Assembly: GCA_963848445.1 (NCBI GenBank) | Contig: CAWKDT010000005.1 | Span: forward strand, 172,355-236,354 | Direction: 5' to 3' | DNA: 64,000 bases | Source of the DNA: Candidatus Dormiibacterota bacterium | Lineage (GTDB): Bacteria > Chloroflexota > Dormibacteria > Aeolococcales > Aeolococcaceae | In this document: positions 41,414 through 50,560 of the stretch, piece by piece | Position numbering within the stretch: the stretch's first letter is position 1 | How the letters are laid out: every line of letters begins with the position of its first letter | Program-made: the position numbers and the translations under genes | The notes under the pieces: generated by a model | Seen by the model: only the letters and a program-made list of their open reading frames with translations | Database searches by the model: none | Told to the model about the DNA's origin: nothing

Positions 41414-42520
41414 TCAGGCGGCGTGCCCGGGCGAGCCGTTGCCGTCCTCGTCCTCGAGGAGGCGGCGCGCCTGGTCCTCGCTGGACAGCGGCTCGACGAG
41501 CAGGTCGAGGTCGCCGTCGACCACGCGCTGGAGTTGGTGCAGCGTCAGGTCGATGCGATGGTCGGTGACGCGCGACTGCGGGAAGTTGTACGTGCGGATC
41601 TTCTCGCTGCGGTCGCCGCTGCCGACCATCGAGCGGCGCGTCGCCTTGAGCTCCGCGTCGCGCTGCGCCTGCGCGAGGTCGTAGAGGCGCGCGCGCAGCA
41701 CGCGCATCGCCTTGGCGCGGTTCTTGATCTGCGACTTCTCGTCCTGGCACGTCACGACGAGCCCCGTCGGCAGATGCGTGATGCGCACCGCGGAGTCGGT
41801 GGTGTTGACGCTCTGCCCGCCCGGGCCGGTGCTGCGGTAGACATCGATCTTCAGGTCGTTCTCGTTGATCTCGACCTCGACATCGTCCGCCTCGGGCAGC
41901 ACGACCACCGACGCGGCGGACGTGTGGATGCGTCCCTGCGCCTCGGTCTCGGGCACGCGCTGCACGCGGTGCACGCCGGACTCGAACTTCAGCCGCGAGT
42001 ACGCGCTGTGACCGTGCACCTCGAACACGATCTCCTTGAACCCGTGGCCGGCCGTCTCGTTCTGGTCGAGCACCTCGATGTGCCAGCGCCGGTGCTCCGC
42101 GTAGCGCGCGTACATGCGGAAGAGGTCGGCGGCGAAGAGTGCCGCCTCGTCGCCGCCCGTGCCCGCGCGGATCTCCACGACGACGTCGCGCTCGTCGTTG
42201 GGATCCTCGGTGATCAGCAGCGCGCGGAGCCGCTCGTACTCCGCGTCGGCGGCGGCGGTCTGGCTGCGCTGCTCCTCCTCCGCCATCTCGACCATCTCCG
42301 GGTCGGTCTCGCCCTTGGCCATGTCCGCCGCGTCGGCGGCCGCGGTCTGCGCCTCGCGCCAGCGGCGCGCCGCCTCCACCACCTCGCGCAGCTTCGCCTG
42401 TTCGCGCGAAAGCTGTTGCAGGCGCTCGAGATCCTGGTAGGCGTCAGGCGCGCTCAGCAGTGCCTCGAGCTCGGTGTACCGGGCCTCGAGTGCCGCCAGA
42501 CGCTGTTCGAACGGGGTCAT
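41414..42520 (-). CDS. prfA: Peptide chain release factor 1
   Basis: [26 protein letters not shown] contains the GGQ motif. The start is taken at [12 protein letters not shown]. Confidence 0.9.
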   Translation of the reverse strand: MTPFEQRLAALEARYTELEALLSAPDAYQDLERLQQLSREQAKLREVVEAARRWREAQTAAADAADMAKGETDPEMVEMAEEEQRSQTAAADAEYERLRALLITEDPNDERDVVVEIRAGTGGDEAALFAADLFRMYARYAEHRRWHIEVLDQNETAGHGFKEIVFEVHGHSAYSRLKFESGVHRVQRVPETEAQGRIHTSAASVVVLPEADDVEVEINENDLKIDVYRSTGPGGQSVNTTDSAVRITHLPTGLVVTCQDEKSQIKNRAKAMRVLRARLYDLAQAQRDAELKATRRSMVGSGDRSEKIRTYNFPQSRVTDHRIDLTLHQLQRVVDGDLDLLVEPLSSEDQARRLLEDEDGNGSPGHAA

Positions 42521-42533
42521 CGGCGCCGCGACC

Positions 42534-43496
42534 TCAGCGCGCCGCCGCGGCCTCGAAGGCCACGCTGCCGCCGCCACGCGCGGCGTCGAGCGCCGCGATC
42601 GCCACCTCGATCTGCTGGTCGTCCGGACGTCGCGTGCTCAGCAGTTGCGTGCCGAGCACCGGCGCGAGCGCGATCCGCCCCACCAGCGTCGCGCGGATGC
42701 GCGTCAGCCCGCGGATCACCTCGTACGAGACGGCGGCCACGACCGGGACGAGCACGATCTGGCACAGGATGCGCACCGCGGTCGGCAGCAATCCGAGCGG
42801 CGCGAAGACGCCGATGCTGACGAGCGCCACCACCACGAGGAAGCCGGTGCCGCAGCGCGGATGCAGCCGGCTGCGCAGGCGCACGTGCGCGACATCGACC
42901 GGGTCACCGGACTCGAGCGCGTTGATCGACATGTGCTCCGCGCCGTGGTACTGGAACAGGCGGCGCACGTTGGGCAGCAGGCTGATCAGCAGCAGGTACC
43001 CGATGAGGATGGCGGCGCGGATCACGCCCTCGATGAGCACCGAGGCGATCGACTGCGTGCCGTGGTGGATCAGCGCCCCGAGCAGCAGCGGCAGCCCGAT
43101 GAAGAGCACCAGCGCGAAGACGAGCGACGCGATCATCGCGCCGCGCATCGCGCCCTCGCTGATCTCCGCCTCGTCGCCGAGCTGCACGCGCGCCGACCAC
43201 TGCAGCGCGCGCATGCCGAGGTGGATCGTCTCGTACAGCCCGGCCACGCCGCGGAGGAACGGACGCCGCCACACGCCCGCCGTGTACACGCGCGAGCGCA
43301 GCACGTCGGTGCACACGGTGATCTCGCCGTCGGGGCGGCGTGCGGCGACCGCGTAGCGGTCCCTGCCGCGCATGAGGACGCCCTCGATCACCGCCTGGCC
43401 GCCATAGAAGAAGGTGGAGGGCGGCGCACTCACCGCATTGACCGCGACGGTGAGCAGGAGGTCGCGGCAGCGCTGGGCGGACCTCATCATCGGCAT
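42534..43496 (-). CDS. DUF1385 family membrane protein
   Basis: [15 protein letters not shown] and [15 protein letters not shown]...HPRCGT are the signature blocks of DUF1385 as I recall them. Confidence 0.75.
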   Translation of the reverse strand: MPMMRSAQRCRDLLLTVAVNAVSAPPSTFFYGGQAVIEGVLMRGRDRYAVAARRPDGEITVCTDVLRSRVYTAGVWRRPFLRGVAGLYETIHLGMRALQWSARVQLGDEAEISEGAMRGAMIASLVFALVLFIGLPLLLGALIHHGTQSIASVLIEGVIRAAILIGYLLLISLLPNVRRLFQYHGAEHMSINALESGDPVDVAHVRLRSRLHPRCGTGFLVVVALVSIGVFAPLGLLPTAVRILCQIVLVPVVAAVSYEVIRGLTRIRATLVGRIALAPVLGTQLLSTRRPDDQQIEVAIAALDAARGGGSVAFEAAAAR

Positions 43497-43522
43497 GCTA
43501 CCGGTACCTACGATTCTCCAGA

Positions 43523-43843
43523 ATGGACAAAACGGACCAATCGTACTATTATGACGGAATGTCCGAAATGATCATCTCAGCGAGTGAGATGCGAATTCCA
43601 AACGCCGCAAGGGTTTCGCTAACACGCCATCAGACCGTGGTCGTGCAGAGCCATGGCCATGCGGTGCTCTACATGATCCACCCAGCTGAATACGAAGCCG
43701 TCAGCGGGTTGCTTGAGCGTCGGCGTCGCGGTCAGCCGGTCTCAGTGGATGAGTTGCTCGACGAGGAGGATTTCACCCTGCTCCGCGAGGAGCGTGCCGC
43801 GGACCGCGACCTGGCGGAAGGGATCACTGAAGGCTGGTTGTAG
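43523..43843 (+). CDS. Putative Phd/YefM-like antitoxin
   Basis: ISASEMRIPNAARVSLTRHQTVVVQSHGHAVLYMIHPAEYEAV follows the Phd/YefM N-terminal pattern, and the acidic tail is VDELLDEEDFTLLREERAADRD. The start may be the in-frame ATG at 43559, 6 nt after TATTAT. Confidence 0.5.
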   Translation: MDKTDQSYYYDGMSEMIISASEMRIPNAARVSLTRHQTVVVQSHGHAVLYMIHPAEYEAVSGLLERRRRGQPVSVDELLDEEDFTLLREERAADRDLAEGITEGWL

Positions 43844-44386
43844 TTGCCCGCCGTCAGTGCTCATCTGACGCGTGGCTCGGTGTGTCTCGCCCTCTATCCA
43901 TTCACGCCTGGATTTCCTGTCGAGGCGTTGCTGCCGCGGGCTGAAGCCGTGTTCTCCAACTTCACGAGGTATGACTCCATCGAGGACTTCCAGGCGGACA
44001 TCGCACCGGGTGACGTGCCTCGCGTTCTCGTGTCCGTCAAGCTTCGCCGGATCCTTCTGCTCCAGGATGGAACGTCCGACGCGCGTGATGACGTGATGGC
44101 GGCGCGCATCAACTCAATCGATCAGGACATGCCCAGGAAGAAGCCGGGCGTCTATCGACGCCTGGCCAATGGGACTCATGCGACTTTCTACCTCCTCGGG
44201 GCCCGCGAGAGCCATGGGACGTCCGGCAGAGAGGCATATGTCAACGCCATGTATGTGGCGCCGGTCGCAAAGAAGGCCATCCTCCGGCGGGTGGGCCAGC
44301 TCACCTCGGATGAGATGCGGGGGGTCTCCGAACGCATAGTCACTTCCCTCGAGTTGGACATCTCGGGGCTGCTCTCGAGACCGTAG
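43844..44386 (+). CDS. Putative toxin, divergent and enlarged PemK/MazF-like fold (180 aa)
   Basis: The TTG start directly follows the antitoxin stop codon. By eye, RGSVCLALYPF, KLRRILLLQDG, VMAARINSI and the C-terminal AMYVAPVAKKAILRRVGQLTSDEMRGVSERIVTSLEL follow the MazF strand and helix order. This is inference only. Confidence 0.45.
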   Translation: MPAVSAHLTRGSVCLALYPFTPGFPVEALLPRAEAVFSNFTRYDSIEDFQADIAPGDVPRVLVSVKLRRILLLQDGTSDARDDVMAARINSIDQDMPRKKPGVYRRLANGTHATFYLLGARESHGTSGREAYVNAMYVAPVAKKAILRRVGQLTSDEMRGVSERIVTSLELDISGLLSRP

Positions 44387-44418
44387 CGCGGAGGCGCAGC
44401 GCCGAGCGGCGCCGCGGG

Positions 44419-44640
44419 TCAGGCCTTCTTCGACTGCTGAGCGCGCTCGGCGCGGCGGCGGAAGCGCTCCACCTGGCCGCCGGTGTCCACGATGCGCTGC
44501 GTCCCGGTGAAGAACGGATGGCACACCGAGCACACCTCGGTCTTCAGCTCGCTGAGCGTGGAGCCGGTGGTGAAGGTGTTGCCGCAGAGGCAGTGCACCT
44601 GCGCGTCGGCGTGGTACTCGGGATGGATCGCAGCTTTCAT
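44419..44640 (-). CDS. rpmE: 50S ribosomal protein L31 (Zn-ribbon type A)
   Basis: [28 protein letters not shown]...[28 protein letters not shown]. Confidence 0.9.
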   Translation of the reverse strand: MKAAIHPEYHADAQVHCLCGNTFTTGSTLSELKTEVCSVCHPFFTGTQRIVDTGGQVERFRRRAERAQQSKKA

Positions 44641-44697
44641 GGGGCGCCTTGGTTCACGCGGAAGGGACGAATCGACGATACCACGGCGATGCGACGC

Positions 44698-45954
44698 TCA
44701 ATCCAGGGCCATCTCGACGGGGCGGGTGAAATTGCCGTGCGAGACCCCGGGCAGCCGCTCGACGAGCCGGTGGTAGGCGGCCGCCAGGCCGATCCCGTCG
44801 TCGGGCAGCAGGCCGCGCTGCGCCAGCACCTCGACGAGCCAGTCGTGGTCGCAGTTGAGCGAGCGCCACTGGATCTGGGACGCGCCCATCTCCCCCACCG
44901 CCACGACCGTCCGCTCCAGCTCGGCCTCGGAGTCGGTGACCCCCGGAAACGTGAGGAGGTTGACGCACACCTGGCCGCCCGCGCCGGCCATGACCCGCCC
45001 GCATTCGAGGACGTCGTCGATCGAGTACCCAACCGGACGGTAGTAGGCGCGGAAGACAGGGTCGTTGAAGGAGATCGCGCTGATGCGCACGCTGTTGCAC
45101 CCCGCGTCGATGAGGCGCTGCAGGGTGCACGGCCGGCTCCCGTTGGTGTTGACGTGGATCGTCGCCCCGGGGTGGGCACGCCGGATCTCAGCCACCGCGT
45201 CGGCGAGGACGTCGTCGCGGGTGAGCGGCTCGCCCTCGCACCCCTGACCGAAGGAGACGATGCCCGCGTCCGCACCGCCGAGATGGAAGTCCGCAAGGCC
45301 GGCGAGCTCATCCGCGGTCGGCGCGAAGCGCATGCGCGGTTGCGGCGCCGGCGCCTGGCCGTCGGTCTGGAGCGAGATGCAGCCGAGGCAGTCCGCGTTG
45401 CACGCCGGCGAGGCGGGCAGCGCTCCCTCGTACCGGCGCAGGAACGTGTTCTGGGCGGTGTAGCAGCGCAGCTCGGTCGCGCAGATGGCAAGGTGGTCGA
45501 CGAGGCGGTTGCCAGGCAGGGCGCGGCGAGCCGCCTCGATCGAGGCGTCCAGCCCGCCGCCCGCGTACCGGCGCGGCTCCCACCAGCCGAAGGAGTCGGT
45601 GCTCAGCGCCGCCACCCGCAGCTCGTCGTGGTGCTCGACCACCGCCGCGTAGCCGTAGAGCGGCAGCCGGCGGCTCCCCGGCAGCGGGCGCGACGCCGGC
45701 AGCAGGGTGCGCAGGTGCCCGACGGGCAGCACTGCGGCCACCGGCAGCAGGTCCGCCTCCACGTCCACCGGCCGGTCCTTGGCATCGAGCGCCAGCGCCC
45801 GCCTGCCGGGGAGGTGCATCAGCGTCGTCCCCTCGGGGAGCGGGATCGTGTCGGTCAGCCCGAGCTTGAGCACCCGGCCGCCGGACCGAGCGGCCGTGCG
45901 GAAGCCACCGAGCACCTCGAGCCCGCCGTCAGGCCGCGCGACCAGTGGACGCAT
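44698..45954 (-). CDS. Radical SAM protein with about 180-aa N-terminal extension of unknown function
   Basis: CNADCLGC fits CxxxCxxC at about residue 188, followed by GQGCEGEPL and a TIM-barrel-like pattern. Confidence 0.65.
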   Translation of the reverse strand: MRPLVARPDGGLEVLGGFRTAARSGGRVLKLGLTDTIPLPEGTTLMHLPGRRALALDAKDRPVDVEADLLPVAAVLPVGHLRTLLPASRPLPGSRRLPLYGYAAVVEHHDELRVAALSTDSFGWWEPRRYAGGGLDASIEAARRALPGNRLVDHLAICATELRCYTAQNTFLRRYEGALPASPACNADCLGCISLQTDGQAPAPQPRMRFAPTADELAGLADFHLGGADAGIVSFGQGCEGEPLTRDDVLADAVAEIRRAHPGATIHVNTNGSRPCTLQRLIDAGCNSVRISAISFNDPVFRAYYRPVGYSIDDVLECGRVMAGAGGQVCVNLLTFPGVTDSEAELERTVVAVGEMGASQIQWRSLNCDHDWLVEVLAQRGLLPDDGIGLAAAYHRLVERLPGVSHGNFTRPVEMALD

Positions 45955-46026
45955 GGGATCGATTCTCCCCCAGCGCCCCGCCGGTCAACCCCCGACGCTC
46001 CCTGACGGTCGGACGTTGACCGGCGC

Positions 46027-46224
46027 TCAGCGGCGCGTCAGGAGCGCGTATTCAAGCCTCGCCAGGCTCTGCGCGCGGCGCGCCGCCTCATCGATCGTCT
46101 GCAGCAACCGGACCCGCGTCGGGTAGCGAACGAGCGCGAGGTCCTCGCACAGGTCCGCCAGCAGCTGATCCCCGGAACGCCGGACTCCCGGCAGTTGTGC
46201 CCCCATCGTCATGCCCCCCAGCAC
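46027..46224 (-). CDS. Hypothetical small protein (weak call)
   Basis: It is a 65-aa ORF (…DQLLADLCEDLALVRYPTRVRLLQTIDEAARRAQSLARLEYALL). I recognised no family. Confidence 0.25.
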   Translation of the reverse strand: MLGGMTMGAQLPGVRRSGDQLLADLCEDLALVRYPTRVRLLQTIDEAARRAQSLARLEYALLTRR

Positions 46225-46325
46225 CCCCGATCCCTGACGATATTTGTATCACGTCAAAGGGATCATTCGCAGCAGCCCCAGCCCGCGTGGGGCACCGCGG
46301 CCGCCTTCGCGCCGCACACGCGGTG

Positions 46326-47072
46326 TCACGCGCTCGACCGCCGCGACGCGCGCCACCTCGGGGGGATCCAGCGGCCGCTCGGCGTCGGCAGCCGGCGCTC
46401 GGGGAGCCAGAGGATGAACGCCGACCACGCGACACCGAGGAGGAATCCTCCGATGACGTCGGTCGGCCAGTGCGCGCCGGCCCACACACGCCCGATGCAG
46501 GCAAGGAGGATCACCAGACCAGCCATCACCCACGCGACCACACGCCATCGCGGCCCGACGTGCGGCGAGATCGCGGTCGCGAGCATGAAGGCGAACCAGG
46601 TGAAGAACAGCGCATGGCCGCTCGGGTAGCTGTAGCCGCTCGACGGGTTGAGAATCGTGACCACGTCCGCGGTGGGACGCGGGCGCGCCACCGCCACCTT
46701 GACGATCTGGTCAAGCAGGCTGCCGATCCAGCCGAGCGCCATCAACCAGCCCGCCCGCCGGTCCCAGAGAAAGAGGCCCACGACCACCGCGGCTGCGAAC
46801 AGATCCTGGATCAGCCCGCCGGTGACGTTGGTCAGCGTCATCCAGTAGGTGAGCGGGCCCCAGGGGGCCTGCTGGACGGCGCGCTCGACGGGGAGATCGA
46901 AGCCCGAGCGGGTCACGCCGCTGACGACCAGGACCGTGACCGCGACGAACAGCAGCAGCGAGATCAGGCAGAGCGGGCCGAGCCACCGGCGAGCCGACGG
47001 CCCCGGTTCTCCGGCCAGGACCTCGCGAGCGGCCCGGGATGCGTCGCCGGGGCCGTGTTCAGCCGTGTTCAT
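46326..47072 (-). CDS. PAP2 (type 2 phosphatidic acid phosphatase) family membrane protein
   Basis: The three PAP2 motifs are KVAVARPRP, YPSGH and GRVWAGAHWPTD. Confidence 0.75.
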   Translation of the reverse strand: MNTAEHGPGDASRAAREVLAGEPGPSARRWLGPLCLISLLLFVAVTVLVVSGVTRSGFDLPVERAVQQAPWGPLTYWMTLTNVTGGLIQDLFAAAVVVGLFLWDRRAGWLMALGWIGSLLDQIVKVAVARPRPTADVVTILNPSSGYSYPSGHALFFTWFAFMLATAISPHVGPRWRVVAWVMAGLVILLACIGRVWAGAHWPTDVIGGFLLGVAWSAFILWLPERRLPTPSGRWIPPRWRASRRSSA

Positions 47073-47119
47073 GGCCGCTCCGCGCCGTGCCCAACATGAT
47101 ACCTACGGTATAAGATTTC

Positions 47120-47842
47120 GTGATGGCTCGCGAGGGTACCGCGCCGCGCATGGCGCACCGGTCCGGCACCGCCTCCGGGCTCCGCCATCTGACCGGCGAG
47201 ATCAACTGGACGCTCATGACGGTGGCGATCATCGCCGGACTCCTCTTCGCCGCACTCACGGTGCTCGTCGTGGCGCACCCCGCGCCACTCCCCTTCGACC
47301 GCCCGATCGAGGTGGCCGTGCAGTCGGCCCGCATCGGGCCCTTCGGGTGGTTCAACACCTTCGTCTCGGCGTTCTCGGGATTCGTCGGCGTGGGCGTCGG
47401 CGCTGCGGTGATCGCGCTCACGTTCCTGATCCGGCGCCGCGCGACGCCGCTCGTCGTGTTCTCGGCGTTCTACGCAGCGGTGTACAACGTCGTGAACATC
47501 ATCGTCCGCCGGCCGCGTCCGACCGGCGTCGCACACACCACGTCGAAGCTCATCGGCTACGGCTATCCCAGCGGGCACGTCGGGTTCTTCGTGTGGCTGA
47601 GCGTTCTCGCGATCGTGCTCCTCGCGCGCAACCGCCTGCCCCGGCCGCTGTACATCGCGTGCTGGTTCCTCGCCGCGGTGCTCGTCACTGCGGTGGCGCT
47701 GAGCCGTGTCTATGTCGGCGCGCACTGGCCGAGCGACGTCGTCGGAGGCCTCCTCGTCGGCGTTGCGTGGACCTCTTTGAGCCTGTCGCTGGACCGCCTC
47801 ACGAGACCGGTGTTCGCGCCACAGCGGGCGGCGGCCACGTGA
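47120..47842 (+). CDS. PAP2 family membrane protein (divergent paralogue)
   Basis: NIIVRRPRP, YPSGH and SRVYVGAHWPSD. It is translationally coupled (GTGA) to the downstream HKD enzyme. Confidence 0.75.
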   Translation: MMAREGTAPRMAHRSGTASGLRHLTGEINWTLMTVAIIAGLLFAALTVLVVAHPAPLPFDRPIEVAVQSARIGPFGWFNTFVSAFSGFVGVGVGAAVIALTFLIRRRATPLVVFSAFYAAVYNVVNIIVRRPRPTGVAHTTSKLIGYGYPSGHVGFFVWLSVLAIVLLARNRLPRPLYIACWFLAAVLVTAVALSRVYVGAHWPSDVVGGLLVGVAWTSLSLSLDRLTRPVFAPQRAAAT

Positions 47843-49245
47843 TCACCGACCTGCTCGCCCGTGCCGACGGCCGGCTCGGCGATGTGATCGAGCAAGCCAG
47901 CCGTCGTCACCACGTTCGCCGCCTGTCACGCCTCGGCTGGGATCGGGTGTTCCGCAGCAGAACGGGCTGGGCCGGCACAGCGCCGCTGCGCGACGGCAAC
48001 CGCGTCGACATGCACATCGATGGGGTCTCGGCGCTCCCGGCGATCGTGGCCGCGGTGCGCGGCGCCCGTTCGTTCGTGCACGTGGCCGGGTGGACCGTCA
48101 ACCCGGACTTCGCCGTGGAACGCACGCCCGACCTCGTGACCCTGCGAGCGCTCCTCGCCGAGGCGGCGGCTCGAGTCGACGTGCGCGTGCTCGTGTGGGC
48201 GGGCGCGCCGGTCCCGGTCATGCACCCCACGCGCGCCGAGGCGAGGCAGCTCATGGACCGGCTCACGCGCGGGACGCGGATCCGGGGCGCGCTCGACCAG
48301 CGCAACCGCCCGATGCACTGTCATCACGAGAAGCTGGTGATCGTCGACGGCACCGTCGCGTTCGTCGGGGGCATCGATCTGACCGATCTCGCCGGTGACC
48401 GGTATGACGGCCCGCCGCACGCCAAGGCGGCGCAGCTGGGATGGCACGACGCCGCCGCATCCCTCGCGGGGCCGGCCGTCGCGGACGTCGCCGCGCACTT
48501 CGCGATGCGGTGGCGTGCGACGACCGGCGAGGCGCTGCCCGCACCGATCGTGCCCGGTCCCGCGGGGCCGAGCCGTGTGCAGGTGGTGCGGACGGTGCCG
48601 GAGCGGACGTACCCGGATCTGCCGGGGGGCGACTTCGGCATCTTCGAGGCGTACATGGGCGCGCTGCGGCGTGCGCAGCGGCTCATCTATCTCGAGAACC
48701 AGTTCCTCTGGAGCGCCGAGGTCGTCGCGCTGCTCCGCGCCAAGCTGGCGGCGCCGCCGACCGACGAGTTCCGGCTCGTCCTCGTGCTGCCGCGGCGGCC
48801 GAACAACGGCAACGACGACACCCGCGGGCAGCTCAGCGTGCTCGAAGCCGCGGACCGTCACCACCGCCTGCTCTTCGGCACCGTGGGCACCCCGGGGCAC
48901 GAGCAGCCCGGGGTCTACGTCCACGCGAAGGTGGGCATCGTCGATGACGCCTGGCTCACCGTCGGATCCGCGAACCTCAACGAGCACTCGCTCCTCAACG
49001 ACACCGAGGTGAATCTCGTCACCGACGACGCGGCGCTGGCGCGCTCGGTGCGCGAGCAGTTGTGGAGCGAGCACCTCGCCCTCGACTGCCGCGGCCGCGA
49101 GCCGCTCGCGGTGATCGAGTCCGAGTGGCGCCGCGTGCTCAGCGCTCCGCCCCCGCATCCGCAGCCGCTGCGCAACCTCCCCGCCATCTCACGGCGATCC
49201 GCGCGCCTGATGGGACCCCTGAAGGGCCTCGTGGTCGACGGCTAG
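47839..49245 (+). CDS. Phospholipase D / cardiolipin-synthase-like enzyme with two HKD motifs
   Basis: HCHHEKLVIVDGTVAFVGGIDL and YVHAKVGIVDDAWLTVGSANLN. The GTG start is at 47839. The upstream part of the 798-aa ORF-track entry overlaps both PAP2 genes and is spurious. Confidence 0.8.
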   Translation: MITDLLARADGRLGDVIEQASRRHHVRRLSRLGWDRVFRSRTGWAGTAPLRDGNRVDMHIDGVSALPAIVAAVRGARSFVHVAGWTVNPDFAVERTPDLVTLRALLAEAAARVDVRVLVWAGAPVPVMHPTRAEARQLMDRLTRGTRIRGALDQRNRPMHCHHEKLVIVDGTVAFVGGIDLTDLAGDRYDGPPHAKAAQLGWHDAAASLAGPAVADVAAHFAMRWRATTGEALPAPIVPGPAGPSRVQVVRTVPERTYPDLPGGDFGIFEAYMGALRRAQRLIYLENQFLWSAEVVALLRAKLAAPPTDEFRLVLVLPRRPNNGNDDTRGQLSVLEAADRHHRLLFGTVGTPGHEQPGVYVHAKVGIVDDAWLTVGSANLNEHSLLNDTEVNLVTDDAALARSVREQLWSEHLALDCRGREPLAVIESEWRRVLSAPPPHPQPLRNLPAISRRSARLMGPLKGLVVDG

Positions 49246-49253
49246 TCCGAGCC

Positions 49254-49586
49254 TCAGCCGGAGCGGCGCTGGATCCCGCCGATGACCGCGACCGATCCGG
49301 CGCCCACCGCGAAGAGGAGGCAGATCGCTACCCCCGCGATCGAGATCGTGGTGAGCGGCCCGACGACCCCCGAGACGAGCAGCGCCCCGATCACGATCGC
49401 CCCGATGAAGGTGCCGATCGTCATCCAGTACGTCGAGGGCGTCACCCACGTCGTGCGCAGGGTGCCGCTCGACGGCTTGGAGAACATCGCGAGCATGAAG
49501 AAGTCGGCGACGGGGAGCACGGCGGTGCCGAGCCTGCCGGGCGGCGGCACCGGCGCGTCGGGGACCCGGGTGAAGCGGTTGGGCAT
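49254..49586 (-). CDS. Hypothetical membrane protein
   Basis: Two to three hydrophobic helices are present (TIGTFIGAIVIGALLVSGVVGPL, ISIAGVAICLLFAVGAGSVAVIGG). I recognised no family. Confidence 0.4.
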   Translation of the reverse strand: MPNRFTRVPDAPVPPPGRLGTAVLPVADFFMLAMFSKPSSGTLRTTWVTPSTYWMTIGTFIGAIVIGALLVSGVVGPLTTISIAGVAICLLFAVGAGSVAVIGGIQRRSG

Positions 49587-49600
49587 CGCGACCCAGGGTA

Positions 49601-50560
49601 TTACGCGGCGGCGAGCTCGTCCGGGATCGCGGTCACAACGTGACTTGCGCCGGCGCGCAGGACGCGGATCACCATGAAGCGGTCGACGGGTCCGTCGACC
49701 ATGAGGCGCTGCACGTCGCGCGGGCTCTCGACCGGGCGGCCGTCGACCTCGACGATGATGTCGCCGCGCCGCAGCCCCGCGGACTCCGCCGGCGACGCCT
49801 TCACGACCTCGGCCACCTCGAGCCCCTGACGGCGGCCGAGGCTGTCCGCCCAGCGCGGCGGGAGCGGCCGCGCCACGCCGGCGACACCGAGGTGGGCGCG
49901 GCGGACCTGGCCGTCGCGGACCAGCGCGCCGATGATCCGCTGGGTGGTCACGTTGACCGGCACCGCGAGCCCGAGGCCGATGCCGGCGAGCGCGGTGTTG
50001 ATGCCCACGACGCGGCCCGCCGAGTCGGCCAGCGCCCCGCCGGAGTTGCCCGGGTTGAGCGTGGCGTCGGTCTGGATCACGTCGTCGATGACCCGGACCT
50101 GCGCCCCCGATCGTGCCGGGAGCGAGCGGCCCAGCGCGCTCACCACGCCCGCGGTGACGCTGCCCGCGAGGCCGAGCGGGTTGCCGATCGCGACCACCAG
50201 CTGCCCGACCCGGAGTGCCGAGGCGTCGCCGAGCCGCGCGGGCTGGAGGTCCCCGTGCTCCGCGACGAGCACCGCGAGGTCGGAGAGCGGGTCGCGGCCG
50301 CGGACGCGGAAGCGGAGGCGGCGGCCGTCGGCGAGGTCGAGCGTTCCGCCGTCACCGCCCGTGACCACGTGTGCCGAGGTGACCAGGTAGCCGTCGGCGC
50401 TCAGCGCGACCGCCGAGCCGCTGCCGGCAGGCGCGCCGCGACCCCCGCGCGGGGCGACCTGGACGGCCGCGACCGACGGGGCCAGCTCGGCGGCCACCGT
50501 GGTCAGAGTCCGGGAATAGGCGTCGAGGAGGACGCCGTCATCACCCGGATCAGGCGACAT
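49601..50560 (-). CDS. HtrA/DegP-like trypsin-fold serine protease with C-terminal PDZ domain
   Basis: Catalytic-triad context is YLVTSAHVV, ...DLAVL... and NPGNSGGAL. The PDZ-like tail is GLEVAEVVKASPAESAGLRRGDIIVEVDG. Confidence 0.8.
   Translation of the reverse strand: MSPDPGDDGVLLDAYSRTLTTVAAELAPSVAAVQVAPRGGRGAPAGSGSAVALSADGYLVTSAHVVTGGDGGTLDLADGRRLRFRVRGRDPLSDLAVLVAEHGDLQPARLGDASALRVGQLVVAIGNPLGLAGSVTAGVVSALGRSLPARSGAQVRVIDDVIQTDATLNPGNSGGALADSAGRVVGINTALAGIGLGLAVPVNVTTQRIIGALVRDGQVRRAHLGVAGVARPLPPRWADSLGRRQGLEVAEVVKASPAESAGLRRGDIIVEVDGRPVESPRDVQRLMVDGPVDRFMVIRVLRAGASHVVTAIPDELAAA

Noticed and set aside
47099-47111. Inverted repeat ATACC-TAC-GGTAT between the divergent PAP2 genes as an operator.
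   Set aside because: The arms are only 5 bp and there is no second copy. It is mentioned in the PAP2 finding but is too weak to call as a feature.
46849-47838. N-terminal 330 codons of the 798-aa ORF-track entry as part of the PLD-like protein.
   Set aside because: This stretch overlaps both PAP2 genes out of frame and translates to Arg/Pro-rich nonsense. The HKD protein starts at the GTG at 47839, coupled to the PAP2 stop.
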